This document shows positions 39,330 to 49,519 of a stretch of DNA of 64,000 nt, piece after piece. Positions within the stretch are counted from its first letter, which is position 1, and each line of letters starts with the position of its first letter. Below the pieces are notes generated by a model, which was not told the DNA's origin, did not search any database, and worked only from the letters and a program-made list of their open reading frames with translations. The stretch is taken from the sequence record DRR723986_5581; one strand, 5' to 3'. The translations under genes were made by a program, and so were the position numbers.

Positions 39330-40202
39330 ATGGACGACCTGACCATGGATCTGGTGCGGCTGTGCCACCGCAACCGGGACGGCTCATTCGGCACACAGAC
39401 CAACAGACGTCGCGGCCTGACCGCGATGGCCAATGAACTCCGGGACCTCGGCTACCGCCTGCCGACCGCCGCATCCCTTAAACCCAAACACATCGACGCC
39501 CTGGTCGAACGCTGGCTGGACGCCGACAAGTCGGACGCCAGCATCCGCAACCGCCTCACCTGGCTGCGCTGGTGGGCCGAGAAGATCGGCAAACCCAACG
39601 TCGTCCACCGCGACAACACCCATTATGGGGTCGCCGAACGCGGTGAAGCTCAGCGCAACCGCGCCCAGATATTCAACCCGTCAAAATTCCGGAGCGTGGA
39701 ATGCCCCTATGTCCGCGCCGCGATCCTGCTGCAGGTCGCTTTCGGCCTGCGCCGCGAGGAAGCGATGAAGTTTCAGCCGCACAGGGCCATACACGGCGAT
39801 TACATTTTTCTGCAGGCCAGCTGGTGTAAAGGCGGCCGCTCCAGGACCATCCCGCTGGCCACCCGCCAGCAGCGCGAGACCCTCTACAAAATCGCGACTT
39901 TTATTCAGGGGCGTGGTTCCCTGATCCCGCCGAACCTCAGCTGCGTCGAGCACATGAAGCGCTACGAGTACCAGACCCACAAGGCGGGGTTCCGCAACAT
40001 GCACGGATTCCGGCACGCCTATGCCCAGCAGCGGTATCTCACGCTCACCGGCCTCCCCTGCCCGCTTGCCGGCGGCAAACGCTGGCAGGACATGACCGCC
40101 ACTGAACGCGAAGCCGACCGATCCGCCCGCCGTCAGATATCCGCGGAACTGGGCCACGCACGCCTCAAGATCACAGACACCTATCTCGGGAGGGCCTTCT
40201 GA
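39330..40202 (+). CDS. Tyrosine recombinase, Integrase_l_N/Integrase_1-like
   Basis: RNRDGSFGT, LKPKHI, FGLRREE, KGGRSR, HGFRHAYAQ, ELGHAR..TYL. Confidence 0.85.
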   Translation: MDDLTMDLVRLCHRNRDGSFGTQTNRRRGLTAMANELRDLGYRLPTAASLKPKHIDALVERWLDADKSDASIRNRLTWLRWWAEKIGKPNVVHRDNTHYGVAERGEAQRNRAQIFNPSKFRSVECPYVRAAILLQVAFGLRREEAMKFQPHRAIHGDYIFLQASWCKGGRSRTIPLATRQQRETLYKIATFIQGRGSLIPPNLSCVEHMKRYEYQTHKAGFRNMHGFRHAYAQQRYLTLTGLPCPLAGGKRWQDMTATEREADRSARRQISAELGHARLKITDTYLGRAF

Positions 40203-40504
40203 TGAAACGCGCTGAAAGCTCATACCTGATGGCCGCCGATCACCGTGACGACCTTGCCAAAATCCTGTTTGACCCTGCCAACGTCGCCCGTGCCATTCAC
40301 GAAGCCGCCTCTCTCGGGTTCCGCCACCATCGCATTACCCAGGACGAACCGTTCGACCTCTCCGACACCGAGGCCGCCAAAGCCCTCGAAGAATGGCTGG
40401 ATACGGAACAGTTCCACTACATGTGGCGCCCGGCCTTTGTCGATCAGGACCCGTTTCGCCCCTCCATCGTTACGGAATACCCCGAACTGGTCATCACCTG
40501 GTGA
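40202..40504 (+). CDS. Hypothetical protein coupled to the recombinase
   Basis: TGATG overlap, 100 aa. Confidence 0.6.
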   Translation: MKRAESSYLMAADHRDDLAKILFDPANVARAIHEAASLGFRHHRITQDEPFDLSDTEAAKALEEWLDTEQFHYMWRPAFVDQDPFRPSIVTEYPELVITW

Positions 40505-40733
40505 TGCCCCTCCTGTTCCTGATCTGGATCTGCATCCTCCAGGCCCTGACGGCCAAAACCCGCTTCATGAGGTGGGTTTGGTTGGGTGCTTCGTTCGCAT
40601 TGGCACTAGCAGGTTGACAATTTATCGGCTCAGAAAGCTGACATTTGGCTTGGACAAAAACCCTTCCACAACCTATCGTTTTAGAAACAGACGCTGGTCT
40701 GGCTAATTGATATTGGGAAATAACTGAATTTAC

Positions 40734-41912
40734 ATGCGCGTCCTCGTTTCAGCCGACATTCATCTCGGATCACCGATCCGCTCGGTCGCGATGCGCAATC
40801 CGGAACTCGGCGATCAACTGAAACAGGCAAGCCGCGATACGTTCATCCGCATTGTCGATCTAGCTATCGCGGAAAACGTCGACGTGCTGGTCCTAGCTGG
40901 CGACATCTTTGATAACGACCAACCGGACCTGAAGTCTCGGGCATTTCTGATCTCGCAGTTGGCACGCGTCGCTGACGCGGGTGTTCCGACAGTACTGATC
41001 CGTGGCAACCACGATGCGCTTCTCGATCACCATGACCACGGAGACTTGGGCCCGAATATCCATCTCCTGCACAAAGACACGCCCAGCGTTGAAATCGCTG
41101 GCGTTTGGTTCCATGGGCTGTCGTACGACAAAGCCCACGTGTCCAAGAGCTTCCTGCCCGACTACCCCGCACCTGTAGTAGGGAAGAAAAACGTCGGGCT
41201 GATGCACACATCTCTCGATGGTTCACCCGGACACGACCCTTATGCCCCCTGCTCCGAGCAGGATCTGATGGCCCACGGCTATGACCTTTGGTGCCTCGGA
41301 CATATCCATGCGCCGTTCGAGCGCTCATCCGGTTCGGTACTCGCTGTCATGCCGGGTATCCCGCAGCCACGCCATTTCGGGGAACGCACGGGGGGCACCG
41401 TCGCGATTGTCCAGCTTGGTGACGGCACATCCAAATTCGAGAGGCATCAGGTCGGGCATCTGAGGTTCGTAGAATGCCCGTTGGATCTGACCGATTGTTC
41501 CGATGCCCCGGAAATTCTGAGATTACTTAGGAGCGAACTCGAAGGCCTTCGGAATCCCGAACACCATACGGCGGTCCGCCTGCGGGTGACCACAGCTCAT
41601 CACACGGCTGATATGCTGATGGCCCTTGCCGACGAAGTGCTCGACAATATCGATCGCGTGTTTGTCGATAAAATCAAAGTGACAGCCCCGAAGCAGCTGG
41701 TCGATGCAAAGGCGGATGACCTGGTGCGTCTGATGCAGCAAGAGCTTACCGAACCGGGCTTCCAGCTTGCCAGCAAGGAGATCCTCGAAGAACTCAGAAA
41801 TGCCCTGCCTCGCGAAATCGCCGACGAATTGGCTGAGGACGGTTTGGATGAACTGCTGCAGGAAGCCATAGGCGAAGTCACGCTGTCTCTGCACGCGGGA
41901 GCCGCGAAATGA
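40734..41912 (+). CDS. Mre11/SbcD-like metallophosphoesterase (YhaO-like)
   Basis: ADIHLG, LAGDIFD, GNHD, MHT, LGHIH. Confidence 0.92.
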   Translation: MRVLVSADIHLGSPIRSVAMRNPELGDQLKQASRDTFIRIVDLAIAENVDVLVLAGDIFDNDQPDLKSRAFLISQLARVADAGVPTVLIRGNHDALLDHHDHGDLGPNIHLLHKDTPSVEIAGVWFHGLSYDKAHVSKSFLPDYPAPVVGKKNVGLMHTSLDGSPGHDPYAPCSEQDLMAHGYDLWCLGHIHAPFERSSGSVLAVMPGIPQPRHFGERTGGTVAIVQLGDGTSKFERHQVGHLRFVECPLDLTDCSDAPEILRLLRSELEGLRNPEHHTAVRLRVTTAHHTADMLMALADEVLDNIDRVFVDKIKVTAPKQLVDAKADDLVRLMQQELTEPGFQLASKEILEELRNALPREIADELAEDGLDELLQEAIGEVTLSLHAGAAK

Positions 41913-44900
41913 GACTGAACCGACTTGATCTCATCCGCTATGGCCGCTTTGACGGTGCGGAGATTGTGCTCCCTCGTCCTGCTGACGGCACCCCGGACGT
42001 GACGGTCATCTACGGGCCGAATGAATCCGGAAAATCCACGGCCTTCAACGGATTTCTGGAACTTCTCTTTGGTATGAAATCCGGAACCCACCCCTACGCT
42101 TTCAAATTTGACCGCAGTGATCTTCTCGTCGGTGCAGAGCTGGACATACCCGGGCGTGGAGCAACAGTCCTGCGCCGCAACGGCAAGCGCACCCAATCCC
42201 TGCTTGATCATCAGGACCGCCCTGTCGAAGAAACCATTTTATCGAGTGCGCTCCACGGGCTGGGAGAGGATGACTATGTCGAACGTTTCTCACTGAACGA
42301 CAAAGGTCTTCGTGAAGGTGGTGAGCGGATCGCTGGTGCTAAGGGCGACCTGGGACAGCTGTTGCACGCAGGTGTGTCGGGACTGACCAATATGGCAGAG
42401 ACGCTGGAAGCCATGACGGCACGTGCCGAGCAATTTCACAAGAAAGGCGGGCGGAGTACCGCGCTCAAAACCGGCAAAGACCGGTTGAAAGAAATCAGTG
42501 ATGCGCTGAAAGAGGCTCGTTTAACTCCGGACAAAGAAAAAAGTCTTCGCAAAGACCGAGATGACGCCCGAAAAGCATTCGAAGAGGCGGATGCCGAACT
42601 TGTCCGTGCCCGAAATCGCCAGGCAGCGGGTAAAGCTGCTCAGACATGGTACGAGCAGACTGAAAAAATTCGCAACATCGACGAAACCCTTGCTGATTAT
42701 CCCGCGGGCCCGGATCTGAAAAAAGGTATGGTTGGAGACGTTGCCAAACTCGTGACAACCCTGTCGGAGAAAGCAGAGGGTATCGCAAGCGCTGATGACA
42801 GAATTGCGCGCCACGAAGCGGTTATTTCAGAAAACGAGGCGGACCCGGCTGCCGGACATCTCATTGCGGAACTCGCAGAGTTGGATCAAATCAAGATCGA
42901 CGGGGCTTCGCTCACTTCGCGGGCGGACACGGCCAGATCGGATTTGGAAAAGCGCACGGGTGAGCGCGATGACGCGGCACGCCAGATAAAACAGATTCTG
43001 ACGGCGTTGGCGGTATTTGACGAGCCTGTAGAGGCCCTGGTCCTGACGACCGAAGAACTGGAAACGCTCGCAGATGCGGTGCAGGCGTGTCAGATCACTG
43101 AAGGCGAGCTGCGAACAGCATCAAACGTGTTGAAGACCGCACGTGATCAGTTGGGCGATGCTCCAACCGAACCGAAGGACCTGTCTCACCTGCAGATCGC
43201 GTTTGACGCATGGCAGAAAGTTTCCGACGTGTCAGGCCTTGAACATAACCTCGCATCGGAACGCGCCCGGCTTGCCAAAGCAGTGTCTGGACTGCCAGCC
43301 TCCTGGCAGACACTTACCAAGAACGGTCTGCCTGCCCGTGAAAGTATCGAGGAGGTCCTCAGGGAATGGAACACCCTGACTGCCAACATCGCTTCGGCCA
43401 CAGAAGATTTGGAAGGTCGCGAAGCGGAATACAAAACAGCGCGCGCGAAACGCGAAGCCGACGAAAGCGCACCGAATTCGATTGACGCGGCAGCAACGGA
43501 AGAAACCCGCCGTCAACGTGACATAGCCTGGCAATCCCATCGTGGCAGTCTTTCCGACGAAACCGCGGAGCGTTTTGAGGAGGCCATGTATGCCGATGAT
43601 GGAGCCCGAACGAATTATCTGATGGGCACGGAGGCGCGAAAACAACTTGCCAACTCGCGCGAGCTGGAAAGCACCGCAAAAGCCGCACGTGACACGGCAA
43701 AAGACAAGCTCGAAGCACTCAACGGGAAACACGACACCTTAACGAAACGGGTCGGTTCACTTGCAACGGCCTTGGGCTTTTCCGCCGATACGGGGCCAGC
43801 TGCGTTTGCAGCGCGACTAACCAACCTGACGGCAGCGGCTGAGATCGCAACCGAGGTAACGATTGCAGAGAATGCCTTGGAGGACCGCGCCAAGCGACGC
43901 AAGGCTGCCCTGGACGAACTCTTCGCCGCAGCCCGCCTCGTCGATATTGAAGGTGAAGAAAGTGATCTTCCTGAGCGGGTTAGCAAGGCTCTCACACTTC
44001 AGGAGAATGTCCGTCAGACATGGGAAAACTGGCGTCGCGGTGAACGCAGCATTGCCGACTACGAAAAAGCCGAAACTCAAGCTGATACCGATTACAAGGC
44101 AGCCTTGAACCGGCTGGAAACACTGACCTCGGCGTTGCCTCTTCCGGATCGCTCGGCTACCGGCATAAAGACAGCGCTGCCGCAGCTGCGAACGCTGCAA
44201 CAGATTCACGGCAATCACAAAAGCCTGGCGGGGCGTGTTGATGCCCTCGAACGCGCCGTTGCCACCCTGGCAAAGAGCGCGGCACGATTGGCGGAGATCC
44301 TCGGAGAGACTTTCAATCCAAAAGACGATCCCCTCCCCGTGATCAATCGCGCTCGTGCGCGTGTAACCAAAGCCGCTGAAGCGGATCGTTTGAGAAAACG
44401 AGAACAGGAGCTTCTCGACAAGGAAGTGACAGGCCGGACGCGTGCACTTGCCGCGCGTGACGAAGCGCAAACCCAGCTGGAGAACCTGTTTGAAGGGCAA
44501 GGCGGTGACAAACTCCCCCCAACGGAGCGAGCTGAACATTTGGCAGAACGCGACGAATTGCGACAACAGCGCGCGAATGCGGATCAGCTTCGCAATGAAG
44601 CACGCAACGGCGTGGACCAAACGCTCTTCAACGAAGAGTTGGCGCGTTTGCCGAACGCAACGCGAGAGGCAGAACTGCAACAGGAACTCGACGATGCGCA
44701 AACAGTACGTGATGCCGCTCGCGATCAGTCCAATGAAAAGAAACGCCTCTACGACGAGGCCTACGCTGCGGCGGACAACAGCGCACTGGTCACAGAACAG
44801 GCCACGATCCTCGAAGAGTTGCGAAGCAGTGCACGCCAAGCCGCGGTTGCGAAGCTCGGGGTACTGGCGGCACGGGGCGCGTTGAGAAGCCTGGCTGCCG

Positions 44901-45313
44901 AACGTCGCAGCACAATGCTTAAGGATGTGGAAGAAGCCTTCGTCACCATAACAGCCAAGGAATGGGAAAAAGTCGTGGTCTGGAGTGAAACCGAGGGCGA
45001 GAAGCTAGTCGGCATTAAGCCCGGCAGCGATCCTGTCCCGGTTGCAAGTATGTCCACCGGGACTATGGGCCAGCTGTATTTTGCCCTGCGCCTGGCCGGG
45101 TATCGCAGTTTCGCCCGCGATCCAGGCCCCCTTCCCATGATCCTTGATGATATTATGGAGACCTTTGATAACGCGCGTGCGTCTGCCACATTGAACCTCT
45201 GCGCGGAAATCGGTCGCAGCGGGCAGGCCATCATTTTCACGCACCATGAGCATTTGGTGGAGCTGGCGCGTAAGAGCATTCCCGGGGTTTCCGTCGTAGA
45301 GATGCCATACTAG
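41909..45313 (+). CDS. Rad50/SMC-like ATPase (YhaN-like)
   Basis: YGRF, GPNESGKST, long coiled coil, MSTGT, ILDD..FD, FTHH. Confidence 0.9.
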   Translation: MRLNRLDLIRYGRFDGAEIVLPRPADGTPDVTVIYGPNESGKSTAFNGFLELLFGMKSGTHPYAFKFDRSDLLVGAELDIPGRGATVLRRNGKRTQSLLDHQDRPVEETILSSALHGLGEDDYVERFSLNDKGLREGGERIAGAKGDLGQLLHAGVSGLTNMAETLEAMTARAEQFHKKGGRSTALKTGKDRLKEISDALKEARLTPDKEKSLRKDRDDARKAFEEADAELVRARNRQAAGKAAQTWYEQTEKIRNIDETLADYPAGPDLKKGMVGDVAKLVTTLSEKAEGIASADDRIARHEAVISENEADPAAGHLIAELAELDQIKIDGASLTSRADTARSDLEKRTGERDDAARQIKQILTALAVFDEPVEALVLTTEELETLADAVQACQITEGELRTASNVLKTARDQLGDAPTEPKDLSHLQIAFDAWQKVSDVSGLEHNLASERARLAKAVSGLPASWQTLTKNGLPARESIEEVLREWNTLTANIASATEDLEGREAEYKTARAKREADESAPNSIDAAATEETRRQRDIAWQSHRGSLSDETAERFEEAMYADDGARTNYLMGTEARKQLANSRELESTAKAARDTAKDKLEALNGKHDTLTKRVGSLATALGFSADTGPAAFAARLTNLTAAAEIATEVTIAENALEDRAKRRKAALDELFAAARLVDIEGEESDLPERVSKALTLQENVRQTWENWRRGERSIADYEKAETQADTDYKAALNRLETLTSALPLPDRSATGIKTALPQLRTLQQIHGNHKSLAGRVDALERAVATLAKSAARLAEILGETFNPKDDPLPVINRARARVTKAAEADRLRKREQELLDKEVTGRTRALAARDEAQTQLENLFEGQGGDKLPPTERAEHLAERDELRQQRANADQLRNEARNGVDQTLFNEELARLPNATREAELQQELDDAQTVRDAARDQSNEKKRLYDEAYAAADNSALVTEQATILEELRSSARQAAVAKLGVLAARGALRSLAAERRSTMLKDVEEAFVTITAKEWEKVVVWSETEGEKLVGIKPGSDPVPVASMSTGTMGQLYFALRLAGYRSFARDPGPLPMILDDIMETFDNARASATLNLCAEIGRSGQAIIFTHHEHLVELARKSIPGVSVVEMPY

Positions 45314-45549
45314 CATCCCGCTGTTCACTCTTTCACCTGAAGTCTGATGACCATGAAACAGCTCTTCAAAAAAAAGCTGTTTTCAGAACGACGGCTTCGG
45401 CCACGTTCGGAATGTTAGCTTTCGGTCATGAAACCAGACAAGTGGATATTCACGTCGAAGGGGGCTCTAGAAGGTTGTTCTGGCCCACAGCCGACCTTGG
45501 GGCAACAGCGCAGCGAATGGTGGCTTTTTCGACGGATTCGCGCGGACAT

Positions 45550-47874
45550 TCAGCTCTGTGCCGCGATGCCTTTGATCACTTCGAGTTGCCCGGCTGCGTA
45601 CTTCTCTACAACCTGTACCGTTTCCGCGCAGGCCAACTTCAGATCATCCGGTGAGGGCATCTCGTCATAGTACGAACCGTGACAAAAGGAGTTAATCAGA
45701 ACGCTTTTGACGATGATCCCATCTTCCGTAGCTAAGTGCTGCACGAACACTGTGAGGCTGGAAGACTTGTCGGGCCTGCAAAATCGCCCAACCGCCTCAA
45801 GCACAGAGCGGATCGCATTTGCTGTTGAATGGTCCGGATCGCGGCCGTTGGCGATTTCGAAAATATCTTTCAGTTGCTCCTGAAATGGAGCCACATATTT
45901 GTTGAGCCGCGAAATTTTGTGAATACCCTCATCAGGATGAAGGGCAAAAGCAGCATTCTCGTCAACGACTTTGTTCGTCACCGAGATATTGAAGAAATAG
46001 CTGCTGTGGGTGAGGATCAAAAGCTCGGGCCGTTTGTTCTTATTCCCGTCAATAAGCCCCGGATTGATGGACACTTGACCCTGATCGGAAATGTTCAAGT
46101 TCTTCAGTGTCTGGGCGATCCCAAACACGAAGTCGTAGGACATCGACGTGACAGGATCGTCAAAAACCAGGAACAGGCGGAAATAATCGCTGTTCGCTCT
46201 GACCTTCCGATGGATGCAGGCCACAAAATAGCAAAAAGCGATTGCTGTCTTCTCCCCGTCACTGAGGGTGCGGTGCGGCCCGCGCGTCATCTCATAAGCG
46301 CCGCGCTTCAGGACGAAGGTATCTTTATCGAAGACGTACTTCTCGCCGAAGAAATCCTTCAGTAGCAGTTCGAAGGTCTCCGCTACTCGCGCACGCGCAT
46401 TTGTGGACGGGCTCGACTTCTCCAGGGCTGCAAGTGCTGCTGCCTTGTGCTTCTCATCCTTTTGGAGCGCCCTGAGTTCTTCAATGTCCGGCCACCGTAA
46501 GATGGCGAACTCTCGCTCAAAGACACCGCAGGCCTGCCGCTGTGACTTCTTGCGCTCCTCATCGGACTTGGACACGGCCCGGTTTAGTGCATCGACGCTC
46601 TTGTTGTTGTCCTCTATGACCTGATGTATTGCACCGATGCGTGCTGCGAGATCATCATCCGGAAGGGACGCCGAAACGCCAAGGTTCTTCGCCTTGTCCT
46701 CGATTGCGCTCTTGAGCGAAGAGATCGCCTCGGCCGTTGCTTTGATCGCGTTCTCGCTCTCAGCAAGCGAAGTCAGCTTCATGGAAGGAAGATAGACTTT
46801 GAGCGTGTCGTAGCGGGACTTCTGGCTTGCCAGCTTGTTTTCAGCCTCTGTAAGGTGCTTCTCTTTGTTGTTTAATGCTCCATAGAAGCGGCGAAGCTCC
46901 GATTTGTGCTTCGCCTCTTCGTCAGAGAAATATTCAACATAAGCATCGATGACGGCTTTTGGGTCTGGCCCTGTGATGTCCTGTTCACAGAACGGGCAAG
47001 AGGCAAGGTGCTCCTGATCGATGATATCAACGCCGGTCTTGTAGAAATCTCGATGCGCATCGATCTTCTGCTTTACTGCCTCAGAAACGCTTGAAGGTGA
47101 TGTGACTCTGTTGAGGCTATCCGCTATAGCGCTCAAATCAACATCATCAAACCCAATGATATCAACAGCCTCTGGATAGAGCGGTTCAGCAGGTATGGCC
47201 TTGAGATTATCAAGATCCTTCAGGATGTCAGAAAAACTCTTTTCCGGAGGCTCAGGCTTTTCTGTATATTTCAGTAGTCCTTCAAAGTTCAGCGCGCCAT
47301 ACTCTCTCAGCTGCTTTCGGAGGCCCGCCTTATCAATCAGTTGAGCGGATTTTTCCTTATCAAAGTCTTTCTTTAGAGTATCTAATCCGCTTTGCGCCGC
47401 TCTCTCTGCTTTAGTGAGCGCTTTTTGCGCGTCTTTGAGATGAATATTGTCACTGCCAACAGTAATTTGGTTTTCGATTTCGCCGTCGAGGTTGTATTTC
47501 TGCTCCCGCAGCTCTTCTTGAACAAAATCCTCTGAGAACACATGAAATATAGTATCATTTAGCTGCGCTGTTGTCTGATCCGCGGCTTTGTCAAGTTGGA
47601 GTAAACCCATAATATTAGCGCCACGCCCAAAGGAAAATGCGCCTTTACCATCGGGTGACTCATCGGAGACGAGATTGAGCGGTGCGTCCTCCAGGGATGT
47701 ACCCTGGCCGTGAAGATCAAGACAACGGAAAGCTCGGCTCAAGAACGACTTTCCCGTTCCGTTGCGTGCAAAAACAAGGTTTTGGGCGTTCTTCGTCAGC
47801 TCGACATTCAACGAGAAAACCGGCCCCAGATACGTCGCTGAAATCAAAAACTTCGGATTGGCGAGCGTATTCAT
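45550..47874 (-). CDS. AAA_13 / RloC-like ABC ATPase with zinc hook
   Basis: ARNGTGKS, CPFC hook, LSDGEK, FDDPVTSM, LTHS, C-terminal NAIRSVLE..INSFCH. Confidence 0.8.
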   Translation of the reverse strand: MNTLANPKFLISATYLGPVFSLNVELTKNAQNLVFARNGTGKSFLSRAFRCLDLHGQGTSLEDAPLNLVSDESPDGKGAFSFGRGANIMGLLQLDKAADQTTAQLNDTIFHVFSEDFVQEELREQKYNLDGEIENQITVGSDNIHLKDAQKALTKAERAAQSGLDTLKKDFDKEKSAQLIDKAGLRKQLREYGALNFEGLLKYTEKPEPPEKSFSDILKDLDNLKAIPAEPLYPEAVDIIGFDDVDLSAIADSLNRVTSPSSVSEAVKQKIDAHRDFYKTGVDIIDQEHLASCPFCEQDITGPDPKAVIDAYVEYFSDEEAKHKSELRRFYGALNNKEKHLTEAENKLASQKSRYDTLKVYLPSMKLTSLAESENAIKATAEAISSLKSAIEDKAKNLGVSASLPDDDLAARIGAIHQVIEDNNKSVDALNRAVSKSDEERKKSQRQACGVFEREFAILRWPDIEELRALQKDEKHKAAALAALEKSSPSTNARARVAETFELLLKDFFGEKYVFDKDTFVLKRGAYEMTRGPHRTLSDGEKTAIAFCYFVACIHRKVRANSDYFRLFLVFDDPVTSMSYDFVFGIAQTLKNLNISDQGQVSINPGLIDGNKNKRPELLILTHSSYFFNISVTNKVVDENAAFALHPDEGIHKISRLNKYVAPFQEQLKDIFEIANGRDPDHSTANAIRSVLEAVGRFCRPDKSSSLTVFVQHLATEDGIIVKSVLINSFCHGSYYDEMPSPDDLKLACAETVQVVEKYAAGQLEVIKGIAAQS

Positions 47875-48227
47875 GACGACCGATCCTGTCTGTTATCGTT
47901 TAATCATACGGTTAGAATAGTTCATAAAGCAGTCATCCTGGGCAAGTGCAGCGAACGACCGTTTCCTTCCGCCGTATTTATGAATTCAATGCGTCTGCGC
48001 CGAATGCTGGCTTTCAGGGCCCGTCCGAAAATGGTCGAACGGCCTATACGGGGACGCAAAGCAATCATACGCCTTTCCGTGTCTTTATTCGATTTGGTTG
48101 TCTCAATGCGGCGGGCGAAATATGTCATGCAAGTAATGATGCACGCATTGCGAGAATACGGCAATGCTCAACAGCTTCATTCCAAGACCGTTTGCTTGAT
48201 TTGTCGTGGAAAGTGACACCCATGGCG

Positions 48228-48743
48228 TCACCCTCCGATCAGCAACAGATCGTGCTCAAGCTCGGTGATATCGCCACCAAGCACCATGTCGCGACCAAGC
48301 CGTTCGTAGTCGATGTAGGACGCGAGATTGCCGGGGACCTCGTAACACTCGGAGACGATCTCTTCGGCATAATCTGCCGCCGTCCCGCGATAGAGGCGAT
48401 AATCATCCCAGCGCCGGGACAGTTCACCGATGTCGAAACCCATCTCCGCCAGATGGCAGGCGATGACATACCGGTCTTCGTCGTCATCAAGCTCGTCCAG
48501 CAGATCGAACCAGGCGGAGAGACTTGCCTGGGAAATGCTGAGAGCGTTGAACAGACGGGCATTGTCGCCGTCGATGTACTGGATTTCAAACTCCTCGACC
48601 GGCAGGCCGTAGTCGTCCTTTAGGTCATTGGCCTTTTCGCGATAATCGTCCAGATCCTCGAAATAGAAGCCGACGGCACCGAGGTTGTAAGGCTGGGCGA
48701 AGTACGATGCCTTCGCCCCGGCGTTGGTCAGGATCGCGCTCAT
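48228..48743 (-). CDS. ardA: ArdA-like antirestriction protein
   Basis: Very acidic; AQPY..GFYF, EEFEIQYIDG, YIDYERLGRD. Confidence 0.85.
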   Translation of the reverse strand: MSAILTNAGAKASYFAQPYNLGAVGFYFEDLDDYREKANDLKDDYGLPVEEFEIQYIDGDNARLFNALSISQASLSAWFDLLDELDDDEDRYVIACHLAEMGFDIGELSRRWDDYRLYRGTAADYAEEIVSECYEVPGNLASYIDYERLGRDMVLGGDITELEHDLLLIGG

Positions 48744-48946
48744 GCTGCGCTCTCCTGTTCGGCCTTGATCTTCCGGACCACGGTGCGGCCCTGGACCAGC
48801 GGCGTGTAGTTGATGATGAGGTTGAACCCGTCGCCGTCTGCGTGGCTCCAGCCGATTCCGATCTTGGTCCAGCGGGCTTTCTCTTTCTCGCCGACGACGT
48901 GGAAGACTTCGTGGGTCGGAGCTTTGGGTGCATTGGATTTTGCCAT
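48740..48946 (-). CDS. Small DUF736-like (putative ssDNA-binding) protein
   Basis: WTKIGIGW..DGDGFNL; ATGA overlap with ardA. Confidence 0.6.
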   Translation of the reverse strand: MAKSNAPKAPTHEVFHVVGEKEKARWTKIGIGWSHADGDGFNLIINYTPLVQGRTVVRKIKAEQESAA

Positions 48947-49022
48947 TGGTGTATTCCCTTGTTCGTTTGTCCGGCCACCCCGTGCGGCCGGTCGCCGACG
49001 CTTCGGGTCGAGCCTCAAGGGA

Positions 49023-49078
49023 CGCAGTCAAGAGGTCTTCTCGGGAGACCGCCTGCGGCGGAAGACCTCTTGACTGCG
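49023..49078. repeat. Perfect 18-bp inverted repeat upstream of the ardA operon
   Basis: CGCAGTCAAGAGGTCTTC-20nt-GAAGACCTCTTGACTGCG. Confidence 0.85.
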
Positions 49079-49304
49079 GCACGGCTCGGCCCAGTCTGGC
49101 GACTGATCCGGCCAGCGGGGGGACGGGTTTCAAAGGAATGGGAAACCCGGTGAAATCACTACACGCGCTGCGATGCCCACTGACAGCGCCAATCACGCGA
49201 GAAAGACGCTTCATGATCTCTTTGGGAATCTGGTAAACAGGAACACTGGTGCGAGAAGCCATAAATCTGTAGGCAACCAAGCGGCAGAAATGGTAGGATC
49301 GGGT

Positions 49305-49517
49305 ATGGCGAAAGTAGTAAAGACAGGCATGCGGTCGGCAAAAACCGGCCAGTGGGTTACAAAACCAATTGGCAGCAAAAAGGCAGCCAAGTTTTCAGAG
49401 GTCGAGGGTCTCAGGATGAACCTCGCCTCGCAGATGCTTACCCAAAAAGCGACTGCTAAGGGCCTCAAGGGTGATGCCTATCGCAGCGAGATCACCAAGG
49501 CCTTCAAAAAGGGCTGA
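49305..49517 (+). CDS. FicA/VbhA-like antitoxin
   Basis: FSEVEGL inhibitory-type motif; ends 2 nt before the fic gene. Confidence 0.7.
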   Translation: MAKVVKTGMRSAKTGQWVTKPIGSKKAAKFSEVEGLRMNLASQMLTQKATAKGLKGDAYRSEITKAFKKG

Positions 49518-49519
49518 CC

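Noticed and set aside
39330-40202. Integron integrase
   Set aside because: No IntI-specific insertion recognised and no attC-like cassette array nearby
48228-49280. 350-aa ORF as an extended ArdA
   Set aside because: The N-terminal half crosses the inverted-repeat region and overlaps a better small ORF; the ArdA-like part starts at 48743
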